In this document: piece by piece, positions 1-9,782 of the stretch | Numbering within the stretch: position 1 is the stretch's first letter | How the letters are laid out: each line of letters opens with the position of its first letter | From: Myxococcales bacterium UBA4248 | GTDB lineage: Bacteria; Myxococcota_A; Bradymonadia; UBA4248 | Length of the DNA: 64,000 nt | Reading direction: 5' to 3' | NCBI GenBank assembly: GCA_002395385.1 | Contig: DGWW01000147.1 | Coordinates: 1,214 to 65,213 of the forward strand | Translations under genes and position numbers: made by a program | The notes under the pieces: generated by a model | Told to the model about the DNA's origin: nothing | Database searches by the model: none | What the model saw: only the letters and a program-made list of their open reading frames with translations

Positions 1-420
1 ATTCTATCGGGAGAATTCCGAAATGAAAACCATGAATACCGACAGTACTCGCGCCTTATACGGTGGCCGATAGACCCAAAGACGCACCGTCTCGTGACGG
101 ATGACAAGGGGATCGTCACAGCTACGGCAGCCTGGTATACAGGAAAAGGCGGTGTTCAGGGGGCAAGTTCACATACAGAAAATGGAAAAACAACATTCTA
201 TCTCAATGGATTTCACAACAAAGACACTAAAACAGATGGTTTGATTGTCGCTGCCGCCGATGCCAAAACCAACACCAAATATTTAAATAAAGAAGGCAAA
301 TGGGGCTACGCACCACAGGGCATGTACATTACAACGACAGACATGATATGGACTGTCTGTGAAAAAAAAGGAGAGCACCGCATTCTCTTTTATGCAGATC
401 GCAAAGCAGTCAAGCCATAA
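1..420 (+). CDS. hypothetical protein, 5' partial. The frame is open from the window edge and the listed ORF 94..420 is its C-terminal part
   Basis: Frame 1 has no stop from base 1 up to the ORF at 94..420. There is no RBS before the internal ATG at 94. No recognisable domain. Confidence 0.3.
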   Translation: MLSGEFRNENHEYRQYSRLIRWPIDPKTHRLVTDDKGIVTATAAWYTGKGGVQGASSHTENGKTTFYLNGFHNKDTKTDGLIVAAADAKTNTKYLNKEGKWGYAPQGMYITTTDMIWTVCEKKGEHRILFYADRKAVKP

Positions 421-661
421 ACCAACAGAACACGTTACTCATTAGTCGGGGCTATGCCCCAGCCCCAGGGTGCACGCAAAGCTCACAGATAGCGCAATAT
501 CTAAAGCACGTAGAAATCTGTCCTAAAAACTCAGTAAATGAGAAGACAGAACGAAGGTGCGCAATTACCCGTAGTTTGAAAATGCACAATAAAAGCCGCC
601 GTATGCAATAGGCGGCTACCGCAAGCGTATTCGCCAAAGGCGAATAGCTGCGGAAAAAAGA

Positions 662-690
662 ACAAAAAAAAGCGCCCCGAGGGGCGCCTC
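662..690 (-). terminator. Rho-independent terminator for the minus-strand gene 706..2730
   Basis: Hairpin GCGCCCC-GAGG-GGGCGC, followed on the minus strand by a run of 7-8 T residues. Confidence 0.6.
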
Positions 691-705
691 TAAACAATCA
701 TCGAA

Positions 706-2730
706 TTAGTTTGCACTTCCGGCTTCGAACACGAACGGGTATTCGATCTGAACGATACCGCCGCCCTTAGGAGCCGGGAATCTCCAGAATTTAATGGAGT
801 TCACGACACAGTTTTCGACGTTTTTATTCTTGATAGTCGATTCTTTTACAAGCGCCTTGGTGACGGCACCCTGTGGTGAAATCAGCCAGACGACGACGAC
901 ACGACCATTAAGACCTTTGATCTTGTTCAATTCTTTTTCGTAGCAGGCACGGAGTTCACCGGAGTGCTGACGGACGACTTTCTGAATAATACGTTTATCG
1001 AGAGCACCGGTAACTTCGGGGTTCTTCATTTTAACCTGAGGACGTGCCTCACCTTTTGCACCGAGGTTAGCGTTGTAGCCCTGGGAAGCGGTACGAATAG
1101 CGCCACCGCCGCCACCGCCGCCGGGGCCGAAGCCGCCAGCACCGAATCCGCCCATACCGGCACCGCCGCCGCCTGTACCGCTGGCACCGAGACCGTAACC
1201 AGCCGATGCAGCCTGAGCAGAAGCATCGAAGCTCGACCAATCGAGGTTATCGAGATCCATCGCATTACCGACAGCCAACATGGAGTTCATGGCGTTGGCC
1301 TGAGCCAAAAGACCGGTTGCCTGAGCAGCGCCGACAGCCTCACCTTTGGACATACCTTTACCCGGTGTAGAAGCATCATTGGCAGCAGTATTTGCAGCAA
1401 AAGGCGTATCGGGAGCATCCTTAGTGAGTTCCTGATCTTCTTCGGGTTCTTCTTCTTCGGGTTCTTCTTCTTCCTGCATTTCTTCTTCGGGTTCTTCGAC
1501 GACGGGTTCTTCAACGACGACAGCAAAACGCGAAGTATTGAGGATACGGTCGACCATCAAAGCATCGACACGGTTTGTAGCGAACAGAATCACGGAGAAG
1601 AGTGCGAAGTGGATGAGGAGGGAGGCGACCAAACCGCCGTAATTGGACGAAGAGAGGCTGAACAGAGGTGCGGCAAAAGGAACGGCATCGACGAAGTGGA
1701 CGAGGATAGAGACTTCACCGAACACAAATTTTGCACGTGTCTCGCCATTTACTTCGCATGCCAGCGATCCCGGAGGAAGTGGCACGGAGCTGCGTGGGGT
1801 ACGGAAATCGGCACTGCTGGCGGATGCGAATGGGATCTTGTTATTGCCAATGAGAACAAACCCTTCATAAGCGTTATTAAAGAGCAGTTCCCATTTTCCG
1901 CCGATGCACTGAGCGACAGCAATTTTACTGGTGTTACCAACAACAACTTTATAATTGCAGGTAGAATCACTGCCTACGGTCACAGTCGTACCGCTCGAAG
2001 CAGGATATTGATCGATACTGAGCACGGTATCGCGCCAAACCATTGCAACTTCCAGTTTACAGTTTGCAGACTTTCCGCGAGCGGAGAGGAAGCGGCGTTC
2101 AAAGCTGACGGGGCGTTTTTTCTTACGAATGATGGTTGTTGCAGGTGCAGATGACTGTGCAAACTTGCCCATACCGGCAGCAGCAGCACCGCCACCGAAG
2201 CCAGCGGCTTTAGCAGCAGGTCTGGCAGCAGCGGGAGCAGTAACCGACGGTGCGGGAGGTGCAGCGGGTGCAGCGGGTGCAGCCGGAGCGGGGGGGGCAA
2301 CGGGAGCAGCCGGAGCCACGGAAGGATCAGCGGCAGCCATTTCCTGCAACACAGGTGTAGGAACGGAGAGCGTCGCATGATCGCCGTCTTCGCCATCCAT
2401 CTCACTCAATTCACTGATGCCCATATTCATCACATCCTCGAGTACGAGACGAACCGAAACCTGACCAAAGCGCAGAATCGCACCATTCGTCACCATGACG
2501 GGTTTTGTCGATTCAACTTTCTGCTGATTGACAAAGGTACCAGTCTGGCTAATGCGATCTGATAATTTATAACCGTTGGAAACTTTCTCGAGTACTGCAT
2601 GTACGCGCGAAACAGAGTCGTCATTCAGGCAGAGTTCGCAGCTCGCATTTTTTCCGATGCGAATGGGATTGGCATTGCTCTCCACTACCTGAAGCACCTC
2701 AAAATTAGGTCCAAGAACCTCAAATTTCAT
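706..2730 (-). CDS. FHA-domain membrane protein with a Pro/Ala-rich linker, an acidic repeat, a Gly-rich region and a C-terminal TonB-C-like domain (GltG/AgmX-like)
   Basis: The N-terminus has an FHA signature (GKNASCELCLNDDSVSRVHAVLEK...). There is one TM helix (GLVASLLIHFALFSVILFA). The C-terminus (...NKNVENCVVNSIKFWRFPAPKGG...EYPFVFE) is TonB_C-like and paralogous to the C-terminus of 63118..63663. Confidence 0.85.
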   Translation of the reverse strand: MKFEVLGPNFEVLQVVESNANPIRIGKNASCELCLNDDSVSRVHAVLEKVSNGYKLSDRISQTGTFVNQQKVESTKPVMVTNGAILRFGQVSVRLVLEDVMNMGISELSEMDGEDGDHATLSVPTPVLQEMAAADPSVAPAAPVAPPAPAAPAAPAAPPAPSVTAPAAARPAAKAAGFGGGAAAAGMGKFAQSSAPATTIIRKKKRPVSFERRFLSARGKSANCKLEVAMVWRDTVLSIDQYPASSGTTVTVGSDSTCNYKVVVGNTSKIAVAQCIGGKWELLFNNAYEGFVLIGNNKIPFASASSADFRTPRSSVPLPPGSLACEVNGETRAKFVFGEVSILVHFVDAVPFAAPLFSLSSSNYGGLVASLLIHFALFSVILFATNRVDALMVDRILNTSRFAVVVEEPVVEEPEEEMQEEEEPEEEEPEEDQELTKDAPDTPFAANTAANDASTPGKGMSKGEAVGAAQATGLLAQANAMNSMLAVGNAMDLDNLDWSSFDASAQAASAGYGLGASGTGGGGAGMGGFGAGGFGPGGGGGGGAIRTASQGYNANLGAKGEARPQVKMKNPEVTGALDKRIIQKVVRQHSGELRACYEKELNKIKGLNGRVVVVWLISPQGAVTKALVKESTIKNKNVENCVVNSIKFWRFPAPKGGGIVQIEYPFVFEAGSAN

Positions 2731-2825
2731 TATTTTATCCTCATCTCTTGCGTCAAAAAAAAGCGCACGCCCACATGATACCTGCTAGGCATTTTTAGTG
2801 GTTTACCAATATTCTTTAATGTCGA

Positions 2826-3062
2826 TTAGAGTTCGTCTACAGTTTTACGCATTTCATCGACGAAATCTTCTCGGGCCTTAATCAGGCTCGACAGCTCATC
2901 GAGTTCTTTGACATTGATGTTCGTCGAATTCGGAACCATCAAGTCACCTTCGATACGGTCATCTTCGAAACTGATTGTCTGCATTTTGGCTTCCTGTGCG
3001 AAAGCTGTACCGCTACCGAAAATGACACCCAAAACGATTGCTGCACCGATTAATTTTTTCAT
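2826..3062 (-). CDS. small secreted protein (about 78 aa) with a signal peptide
   Basis: Internal ATG at 3062 is preceded by an AAGGAG RBS. Signal peptide MKKLIGAAIVLGVIFGSGTAFA. The longer listed ORF 2826..3134 lacks an RBS. Confidence 0.55.
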   Translation of the reverse strand: MKKLIGAAIVLGVIFGSGTAFAQEAKMQTISFEDDRIEGDLMVPNSTNINVKELDELSSLIKAREDFVDEMRKTVDEL

Positions 3063-3179
3063 AATATTTCTCCTTATATGAGACACCCCCAAATATCTCA
3101 TAACATATTTTTGCTCATGTGACAAGACAGACATTTATGGAACCAGAAAGACCAAACAGATGCATGTTCTGGCCCGCCA

Positions 3180-5525
3180 TTATTTGGCTTCGGGCTTTTT
3201 AATGCGATCATAACCGGATTGTTTAAGCGTAAACGTTCCCTTGGCATCGAGTCCAACATCAAATGTGTATTTGCGCGAAGACTGAAGTTCCTGTTCCTGG
3301 CCGCCTCGAACCGGTCGGAGGTTGCCTTCCGTTCCCGTTGCACCGAGAAATTCCCAATCCGGGCCAGAAGGCACGGTGCTTTCCTGCGTCATGTCCGGGC
3401 AAATGAGTTCACCCGCACGGCGAAGGCAAACGCGCAATCCTTCTTCGGAAGAATTGAATTTTACGATCGATTCACCGATCGATTCACGCAAAAGGTTGGT
3501 ATCGAGGTTGAGCGAACCAAAGCCATCGGGAATCACAGAAACCTGGAGCGGCAGACGCTGATCATGGGTAATGTAATACTCGATGATGTCACCAGGCTGA
3601 ACGGTTGCAACAATCGGGCGAACGTAATCCTGACCGCCTGTCGAAATCTTGAGGCCGTAGGGTTTTGAAGAGGGGGCAAACTTTTTGAGTGCACATTTGG
3701 TCCCCATCAGAGCACTGTCTTCCGGGACGAGGGCCGGAATGGTGACCGTCGTGTCCGGATGAACCGGCCAAATGATGTGCATGTGCTTGGCAAAGCCCGG
3801 TTTTTCAATTGTGAGCACGTGCGGCCGGCCGAGCACTACTTCAGAAACGGCCGATGGGAAATTGCCAATGGCACGACCGTCGAGCATGGCTTTGAGGCCC
3901 ACACCCTGATTGCTGATATCCGTCAGACGAAAATCAATCCGGCCTTTGAGATAGAGGGAATCCGGGATCATTTCGATCTCGATGGGACCGGTGACATCGG
4001 TTTTGGAATCGAATGTCTTAAAGAACGGCACCATACCATCCGCATACGCCATAATGGTATTGCGGTGATTGGATACGAATTCAAAACTGCCTGTCGGTGA
4101 AACCTCAACGCCGTTGATGAAAATCGTGCTTGCCCCACCCGTCTTGATATTGACTGGATAGGTGCTGAGATGAACTTTTTCGACGACGGGTTTTGGAACT
4201 TCAACCACCTCTTCCTGTTTTTTCTGCTGCTCAGCCTGAATTTCAGCTTCGGACGGTCCGCTGAACGCCAGGAAATAAAAGCCAACGCCTGCGGCCGCAA
4301 GAACAAGAATAATAATGATCGCCAAAACGGGCCCGCCGGAATTCTTTTGCTGTGTCATACCAGGATTACCGTACATTTCCATCAGCTCCCTTTGTTTTGC
4401 ACGTCGCTGTTCTGCCTCAGCCTGCTGTTGCTGAAGAGAATATTGCTCATATTCAGCTCTTTCTTCGGGGGTCATTGATTCATAAAGTGCCATCAGCTGC
4501 TCTTCATCCGAGAGTTCACGCTGAGGTGCTGCCGGCTGTGCATACCCGGACGGAGTCTGGGGCACCTGAACCGAAGGGGCAGCAGGGGCAGCAGGCGGCA
4601 TCTGGACAGAAGGTGTTGCGGGAGCTGCGGGCGGCATCTGAACAGAAGGTGTTGCGGGAGCTGCAGGCGGCATCTGGACAGAAGGTGTTGCGGGAGCTGC
4701 AGGCGGCATATGAACAGAGGGCGTTGCGGGTGCCGCAGGTGGCATCTGAACCGATGGTGAAGGATGGGGCGCAGACGGCATCTGAGTGGATGGTGTCGCC
4801 GAAGCTGCATTCGAAGCCGCCCCAGTCCCGGGAATCGGAATTGGTTTGGACACCGGCGTTGCTGCAAGTGCCGCTGCCAGTTCTGCATTCATAAACGGGG
4901 ATTCAACCATTTCCGTTTTTGACGAATCGGCAGAAGGCATATCAATCGCCATGGTCTCATCTGTCGCGGCTGCCGCAGGTACGGCCGCTGGTGATGCACC
5001 ACGGATAATGGGTACGCGCTGGGAAGGAATATTAAATTCGGATGCAGGAGTGATCGAAGACGATCGATTGGTCACAGTCGTCATTTCATCATCAAGCGCC
5101 ATCAAATCATCCAGAGACTCCGCAATTGAACGGTTTTCGGATGTCACATACGCTGCACCTGCATCTTCGGGGACATTGTCCCAACCGTCGATCCCTCCCA
5201 CAGCCGCAAGGATATCGTCAGCTGAACGTATATCGGTCGGTTCATCCGATGTCATGAAATCAAGCGATTCCATTTCGGAAATAGCACTCGAGCTTTGATT
5301 GCGATTCAAAGCACCAATTTTAGGAATGCTGGGAAGGCTTGCGCCATGAATACTTGGCATATTCTTACCCGACTTAACTCTATATTCACCCATAATGACT
5401 AACCTTCTGGAAAAATTTACCAATGAACGTGCAAAGCGTCGTCGCATCATGCCACAAAGCATCATTTCATTCAAGTCGAATGCGATCTCAAAAAAAATGG
5501 TTTTGTTGCCGAGGCTATTTGGCAT
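3180..5525 (-). CDS. Pro-rich repeat membrane protein with C-terminal PEGA-like domains. Alternative start near 5395 (MGEYRV...) with a GAAGG RBS
   Basis: Six tandem copies of the repeat PSVQMPPAAPAT. Coiled-coil/Gln-rich segment, one TM (VLAIIIILVLAAAGVGFYFLAF), then PEGA-like beta-rich repeats (VLTIEKPGFAKHMHIIW). Confidence 0.8.
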   Translation of the reverse strand: MPNSLGNKTIFFEIAFDLNEMMLCGMMRRRFARSLVNFSRRLVIMGEYRVKSGKNMPSIHGASLPSIPKIGALNRNQSSSAISEMESLDFMTSDEPTDIRSADDILAAVGGIDGWDNVPEDAGAAYVTSENRSIAESLDDLMALDDEMTTVTNRSSSITPASEFNIPSQRVPIIRGASPAAVPAAAATDETMAIDMPSADSSKTEMVESPFMNAELAAALAATPVSKPIPIPGTGAASNAASATPSTQMPSAPHPSPSVQMPPAAPATPSVHMPPAAPATPSVQMPPAAPATPSVQMPPAAPATPSVQMPPAAPAAPSVQVPQTPSGYAQPAAPQRELSDEEQLMALYESMTPEERAEYEQYSLQQQQAEAEQRRAKQRELMEMYGNPGMTQQKNSGGPVLAIIIILVLAAAGVGFYFLAFSGPSEAEIQAEQQKKQEEVVEVPKPVVEKVHLSTYPVNIKTGGASTIFINGVEVSPTGSFEFVSNHRNTIMAYADGMVPFFKTFDSKTDVTGPIEIEMIPDSLYLKGRIDFRLTDISNQGVGLKAMLDGRAIGNFPSAVSEVVLGRPHVLTIEKPGFAKHMHIIWPVHPDTTVTIPALVPEDSALMGTKCALKKFAPSSKPYGLKISTGGQDYVRPIVATVQPGDIIEYYITHDQRLPLQVSVIPDGFGSLNLDTNLLRESIGESIVKFNSSEEGLRVCLRRAGELICPDMTQESTVPSGPDWEFLGATGTEGNLRPVRGGQEQELQSSRKYTFDVGLDAKGTFTLKQSGYDRIKKPEAK
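4562..4760. repeat. about 5.5 tandem copies of a 36 bp unit inside the CDS (encodes PSVQMPPAAPAT repeats)
   Basis: Unit ctgcaggcggcatctggacagaaggtgttgcgggag, repeated nearly perfectly. Confidence 0.85.
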
Positions 5526-6032
5526 TTGCCAAATACGCCTTCGGCCGCGCCGCTATTGACATACGCGGCGCATACTTTTTTGACACAGGCTATGTCTGAC
5601 CATCGTGGATAAATATTGTTATTTAGTTTTCGGCATTGCATATTTCAAAATTTTGGGATTAGAACTTTGAGCGGCGAATTCTGTCTCGATGCTCCACCAC
5701 CCAAAATTGCAATTTCCCGTATAAAACCCTCACACCAGGCAGAAGACAGATGAAAATATTCTTTTGGGGAATTGTGTTTTTTTAAGCTCTGTTTAACGAG
5801 TGTGGATACACTTGAGCATGTAGCTCATAGCTTATAACTTATAGTTGAGAAATCATTTCATAGGAATCATGCTTTTCCCCACGAGATTTAGATTCCTTCT
5901 ACAAGCTAAAAACGAAAAGCAATAAATAATTGAGTTATCGGAACCAATCATATCCACGGTGGTTAAACACAGCCAAAAAAAAGCCCCGGCAATTGCTTGC
6001 CGAGGCTTTTGAACTCGATTTTTTACACGGTA

Positions 6033-7784
6033 TTAACGACCGCAGCGTGAAGAAATATAGTACCAGTAATATCCGAGCTCATCCTTCCAATACTCGCCAT
6101 CAAATGTCCAGAAGAGATGCTCATCATCGGCACCCATAACTTCATCGACTTGACGTTCGAATTCGAGCAGGGCATTGGGATCCTGTTCCATCAACTCGAC
6201 ACGTGCCGCATATTTCTCGGTTGTTTCAATTTCGATATCGAGTGCACGGTTGGAGAGGTCGCGGAGTTCTTCCTGAAGTCTTTCGAGACGTGATTTACCT
6301 TTTTTACCTGCTTCAACGACGGAGAGCATGCGTGCAGCTTCCAATTCCTGAACCATGGTCTGTCCAAGCGAGGATCCCGAAAGCGCAGGATCTTTCTGAA
6401 TGGTAGCTTTTTCATCATCGAGCATATCGATGTAGGCAAGACCACGTCGGAGTTCACGGTCCTGAACAGAGGCTTCGAGGATCAGCTGCAGTGTAGGATC
6501 GTAGGATTCTCTGTCGGCATTCTGAACCATGTGGAGGAAGTCATAAACTTCTTCGGGCTGGAACAGACGGGAAACGAGCGTGTCAACCTGTTTTTTCATG
6601 GGATCGTAGGTAGCTTTGTAATCCGCAAGAATGTCGACGACGCGATCATAGTGGCAGTTGGTGTAGTAAATGGTAGCCTGAAGAAGACGTGCTTCGGGAT
6701 AATATTTATCGCTGAAGTACGGGCTGTTCAGTGTAAGGAGAAGACCGAGTGCCTTCCCGAAATTATCTACACGATAATAAGCCCAGCTTGCTTCAAAGAG
6801 GGCATCGAGCCACATGCGGCTGTCACGTGAGAAAGCATTGTAATATTTGATGGAAGTAGACCAGCTATTGGCAGCCTTTTCACGTTCACCCATTTTCCAC
6901 AGTGTGGAGCCGACCTGATAGAAGACGCGGGCGAGTGCAGCGTATGTGTATTCGCGAAGACGGGATTCTTCTTTTGTGAGGCCTTCAGCAGAGGTAGATT
7001 TTGTATCGAGCCATCGCAAAACCTCTTTGAATGAATCGAGTGCGGGCTGACCTTTATTCTGACGAACATAGGTCACGCCTTCGAGGTAACGCGATTTGGG
7101 ATACAGCGGGCTATCCTGTGCAACCGAGCCGACGAAGAAAACGACATCATCGAGTTTTGACTCGCGGTATGCGGCCATGGCGAGGAGATATCCCACTTCG
7201 GATGTCAGAGCAGCCGGAACTTCAGCAGGGAATTTATCGAGGTAATTCTCATAAATACGGGCATATCTTCTCGGTTCACCGGGAAGAACACGTCCAATCA
7301 GAACGAGGTAATTGAGTGCCAGGTCGAATTCTTTTGAGCTCGGTCCCTGAGAGACGACCATATCAAAATGGTTCAGAGCTGACTGATAGTACTTGGCTTC
7401 ATAGAGGGCGCGTCCCAATTCATAATGAAGCTGTGCGGACATACCGACAGAAGCACTGTCTCCGGCAGCGATCGTGTCATTCAGGAGCTGAGCAGCCTGA
7501 ATGTAATTACCCGATTCGATCATCGCCTGTGCCTGTGTATAGTTTGCATACGCACCTGAACTTGTATCGATCACGGCCGGGGCTGTCGTGGTGGAAGCAC
7601 CGCCACCTTCAGACCCGAAATCGAGCCCGCTTCCGGAGCCCTCAGCTGCCGCAGAGTTCTCAGTGGACCCCTCATCACCAAAATCCAAACCACCATCCTG
7701 AGCCTGTGCACTCAATGGTGCGAACATCATTGCACCAGCGATTAACACTGCACTTAAGCCTAGCTTCCCACTCTTCAGATGCAT
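6033..7784 (-). CDS. secreted tetratricopeptide (TPR) repeat protein
   Basis: Signal peptide MHLKSGKLGLSAVLIAGAMMFAPLSAQA. Multiple TPR-like Y/A/L-rich helical repeats. Confidence 0.8.
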   Translation of the reverse strand: MHLKSGKLGLSAVLIAGAMMFAPLSAQAQDGGLDFGDEGSTENSAAAEGSGSGLDFGSEGGGASTTTAPAVIDTSSGAYANYTQAQAMIESGNYIQAAQLLNDTIAAGDSASVGMSAQLHYELGRALYEAKYYQSALNHFDMVVSQGPSSKEFDLALNYLVLIGRVLPGEPRRYARIYENYLDKFPAEVPAALTSEVGYLLAMAAYRESKLDDVVFFVGSVAQDSPLYPKSRYLEGVTYVRQNKGQPALDSFKEVLRWLDTKSTSAEGLTKEESRLREYTYAALARVFYQVGSTLWKMGEREKAANSWSTSIKYYNAFSRDSRMWLDALFEASWAYYRVDNFGKALGLLLTLNSPYFSDKYYPEARLLQATIYYTNCHYDRVVDILADYKATYDPMKKQVDTLVSRLFQPEEVYDFLHMVQNADRESYDPTLQLILEASVQDRELRRGLAYIDMLDDEKATIQKDPALSGSSLGQTMVQELEAARMLSVVEAGKKGKSRLERLQEELRDLSNRALDIEIETTEKYAARVELMEQDPNALLEFERQVDEVMGADDEHLFWTFDGEYWKDELGYYWYYISSRCGR

Positions 7785-7903
7785 ACCTATGTCTCCTTAG
7801 CTATCAGCACCATGCTGATGACCTCATTTCAAAAACTGGTATTAAGCTGCCGTAATTGCTACGTCGCAATTTCTTTTAACATGTAAAGACATTGTTTGTC
7901 AAT

Positions 7904-8680
7904 CTATGCCTTAACGAAATTATCCCTTTCATCTTTCCCGGCTGCAATCAGATTTAGACACTCGGACGCGACCCTGAGTCCGAATGTCCCTGTCACAGTT
8001 ATCAGACTGCCCAGTACCGGACGCGCAATTTTCAGACTTCCGTTATGCGACTGCAGGGATCGATGTGTTTCTTTTTGTGCAGGTTCCCGTGAATAGACGC
8101 ATCCAACCCCCTGTGTGACCCCAAACGCGCGCAGGCGCTTGCGTACCTCCCGCGCCAGAGGACAGATTTCTGTCTCCGAAATATCCGCAAAACACACTTC
8201 GGACGGCTTGGTTTTTCTGGCTGCCCCCATGCTCGAAATGACCGGAATCCCAGCCCTGACGCAATGTACGATCAACTCGATTTTTGCATCAATCGTGTCG
8301 ATCGCATCCACAACGACGTCCGGTTGCCTGCCATCCGCAAACGGGGCATCCACCACACTCACATTGGAAGCATCCACGACAGCATCGACGCATTCCACTG
8401 TTATCCCCGGATGAATCGCGCACAAATGGGATTTTGCAACCAATACTTTTGACATTCCCAAAGTGTGTTCATCCGAACCGAGCTGGCGGTTGATGTGATG
8501 AACCGCATAGACGTCGCCATCTACGAGACGAAAAAAGCCCACGCCGCTGCGGGCGAGCGCTTCGGCAGCAAAGCTGCCAACCGCGCCATACCCCACAATA
8601 CACACGTGAGCATTCGAAAAGCGCGCCAGCATTTCATCACCAACCAGCACGCTTACCCGCGAAAATCTTTCGTCACACAT
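7904..8680 (-). CDS. tcdA: ThiF/HesA-family E1-like enzyme, likely tRNA threonylcarbamoyladenosine dehydratase TcdA
   Basis: Rossmann motif VCIVGYGAVGSFAAEALARSGVGFFRLVDGD. About 258 aa. Its start overlaps the upstream stop by 1 nt (TAATG). Confidence 0.65.
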   Translation of the reverse strand: MCDERFSRVSVLVGDEMLARFSNAHVCIVGYGAVGSFAAEALARSGVGFFRLVDGDVYAVHHINRQLGSDEHTLGMSKVLVAKSHLCAIHPGITVECVDAVVDASNVSVVDAPFADGRQPDVVVDAIDTIDAKIELIVHCVRAGIPVISSMGAARKTKPSEVCFADISETEICPLAREVRKRLRAFGVTQGVGCVYSREPAQKETHRSLQSHNGSLKIARPVLGSLITVTGTFGLRVASECLNLIAAGKDERDNFVKA

Positions 8681-9780
8681 TACGGCAGAACGAGGGAGAT
8701 TTCGACGCGATCATTCTTCGCCCTGTTGTCCTTCTGTTTTTCATCATAACGCTGGACATCTTTTCCTTTTGCCGTCGTCATCATGCGTCCGTATTCAACA
8801 CCAAGCGAGACCAGGTAATCACGCGTGGCATCACAGCGCCGCTGGCTGACTTCAAAATAATTTTTCGTGTTTTTCTGTACATGGCCTTCGATCATAACCG
8901 TCTGCACATTATACTTCTTGGCGAGTTCGGCGATGCGCTTTAAAGCCTCCTGTTTGACGGGGAGAATCTCGCTCTTATTCTTTTCGAATGCGCTGGCGAG
9001 TACGATCACGACACTCTTCATATCGGTGAAGACATAGTCAGGTCCAACGATGGCCTGAGCATCGGTAAAGAGTGCTTTTTGACGCTCAGCGGACTGTGCC
9101 TGTGCCTGTTTTTTATCGAAATCGGGCTTAGCCTGTTCATAGGCCTTGGCAAAAAGTTGGCGTGCCTCTTCGGCAGCAGCACCGGCGCCGTCACGGTCAC
9201 CGTGTGAGCTCTTGTCACCGGCTTCTTTCAATTTGGCTTCTGCAGCAGCAAACACATCTTTCTGTGAATCCTGTGCGCCAACACCGGCAGCCTTTTCTCT
9301 TTCTGTCATGGCTGCCTGAATGCGGTTTTCGACATTGGCAATATCTGTATCGGAAATATTTTGTTTAATCAGGCCGACACTCTTGGTCAAGCCTTCATAT
9401 TTTGCATTCAGGGTTTCCATCTGCAATGTGGTTTCTTTGATTTCTTTTTCGGCAGCAGCCTGGCGTTGTTTTGCTTCATTGGCTTTTGCCATAGCACGTG
9501 CCGTCGCATACTGGCGCTGTCCGAGAGCGGCATACGTTTTGGCCTTGCTCTGTTCGCCATCCTGCCATGCATTGAGCGATTTATTCGTCAAATCGGTGCA
9601 AACTTTGTAAGCATCCGGAGCCTGGGTATTGATCTGCGCGGCTTCATCGCTATTGCGGAGCTCTTCGAGCTGTGTCAGCTCGGCGGGTTTATTCTGGGGA
9701 CCACAACCAGACAGAATGCCAAGGGCAGCCACACTACATAATGCCAACTGGAAAATTCTATTCTGTTTCATATTCCGCAC
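8680..9780 (-). CDS. OmpA-family lipoprotein with a long coiled-coil
   Basis: Lipobox LSGC after the signal peptide. C-terminal OmpA-like peptidoglycan-binding domain (...DATRDYLVSLGV...RVEISLV). Confidence 0.8.
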   Translation of the reverse strand: MRNMKQNRIFQLALCSVAALGILSGCGPQNKPAELTQLEELRNSDEAAQINTQAPDAYKVCTDLTNKSLNAWQDGEQSKAKTYAALGQRQYATARAMAKANEAKQRQAAAEKEIKETTLQMETLNAKYEGLTKSVGLIKQNISDTDIANVENRIQAAMTEREKAAGVGAQDSQKDVFAAAEAKLKEAGDKSSHGDRDGAGAAAEEARQLFAKAYEQAKPDFDKKQAQAQSAERQKALFTDAQAIVGPDYVFTDMKSVVIVLASAFEKNKSEILPVKQEALKRIAELAKKYNVQTVMIEGHVQKNTKNYFEVSQRRCDATRDYLVSLGVEYGRMMTTAKGKDVQRYDEKQKDNRAKNDRVEISLVLP

Positions 9781-9782
9781 CC

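Noticed and set aside
964-2154. 396-aa plus-strand ORF, and other long ORFs, antisense to the FHA gene
   Set aside because: They lie entirely inside, and antisense to, a gene with clear domain content. Low-complexity GC-rich repeat DNA gives open frames on both strands.
3180-3600. PilZ domain at the C-terminus of the 781-aa protein (RVCLRR..., DVGLDAKG)
   Set aside because: Motif spacing does not match RxxxR...D/NxSxxG. The region is predicted periplasmic, following the TM helix and PEGA domains.
4352-4894. ORFs on both strands across the 36 bp tandem repeats
   Set aside because: They are artefacts of the repeats. The repeats are in-frame parts of the 781-aa minus-strand protein.
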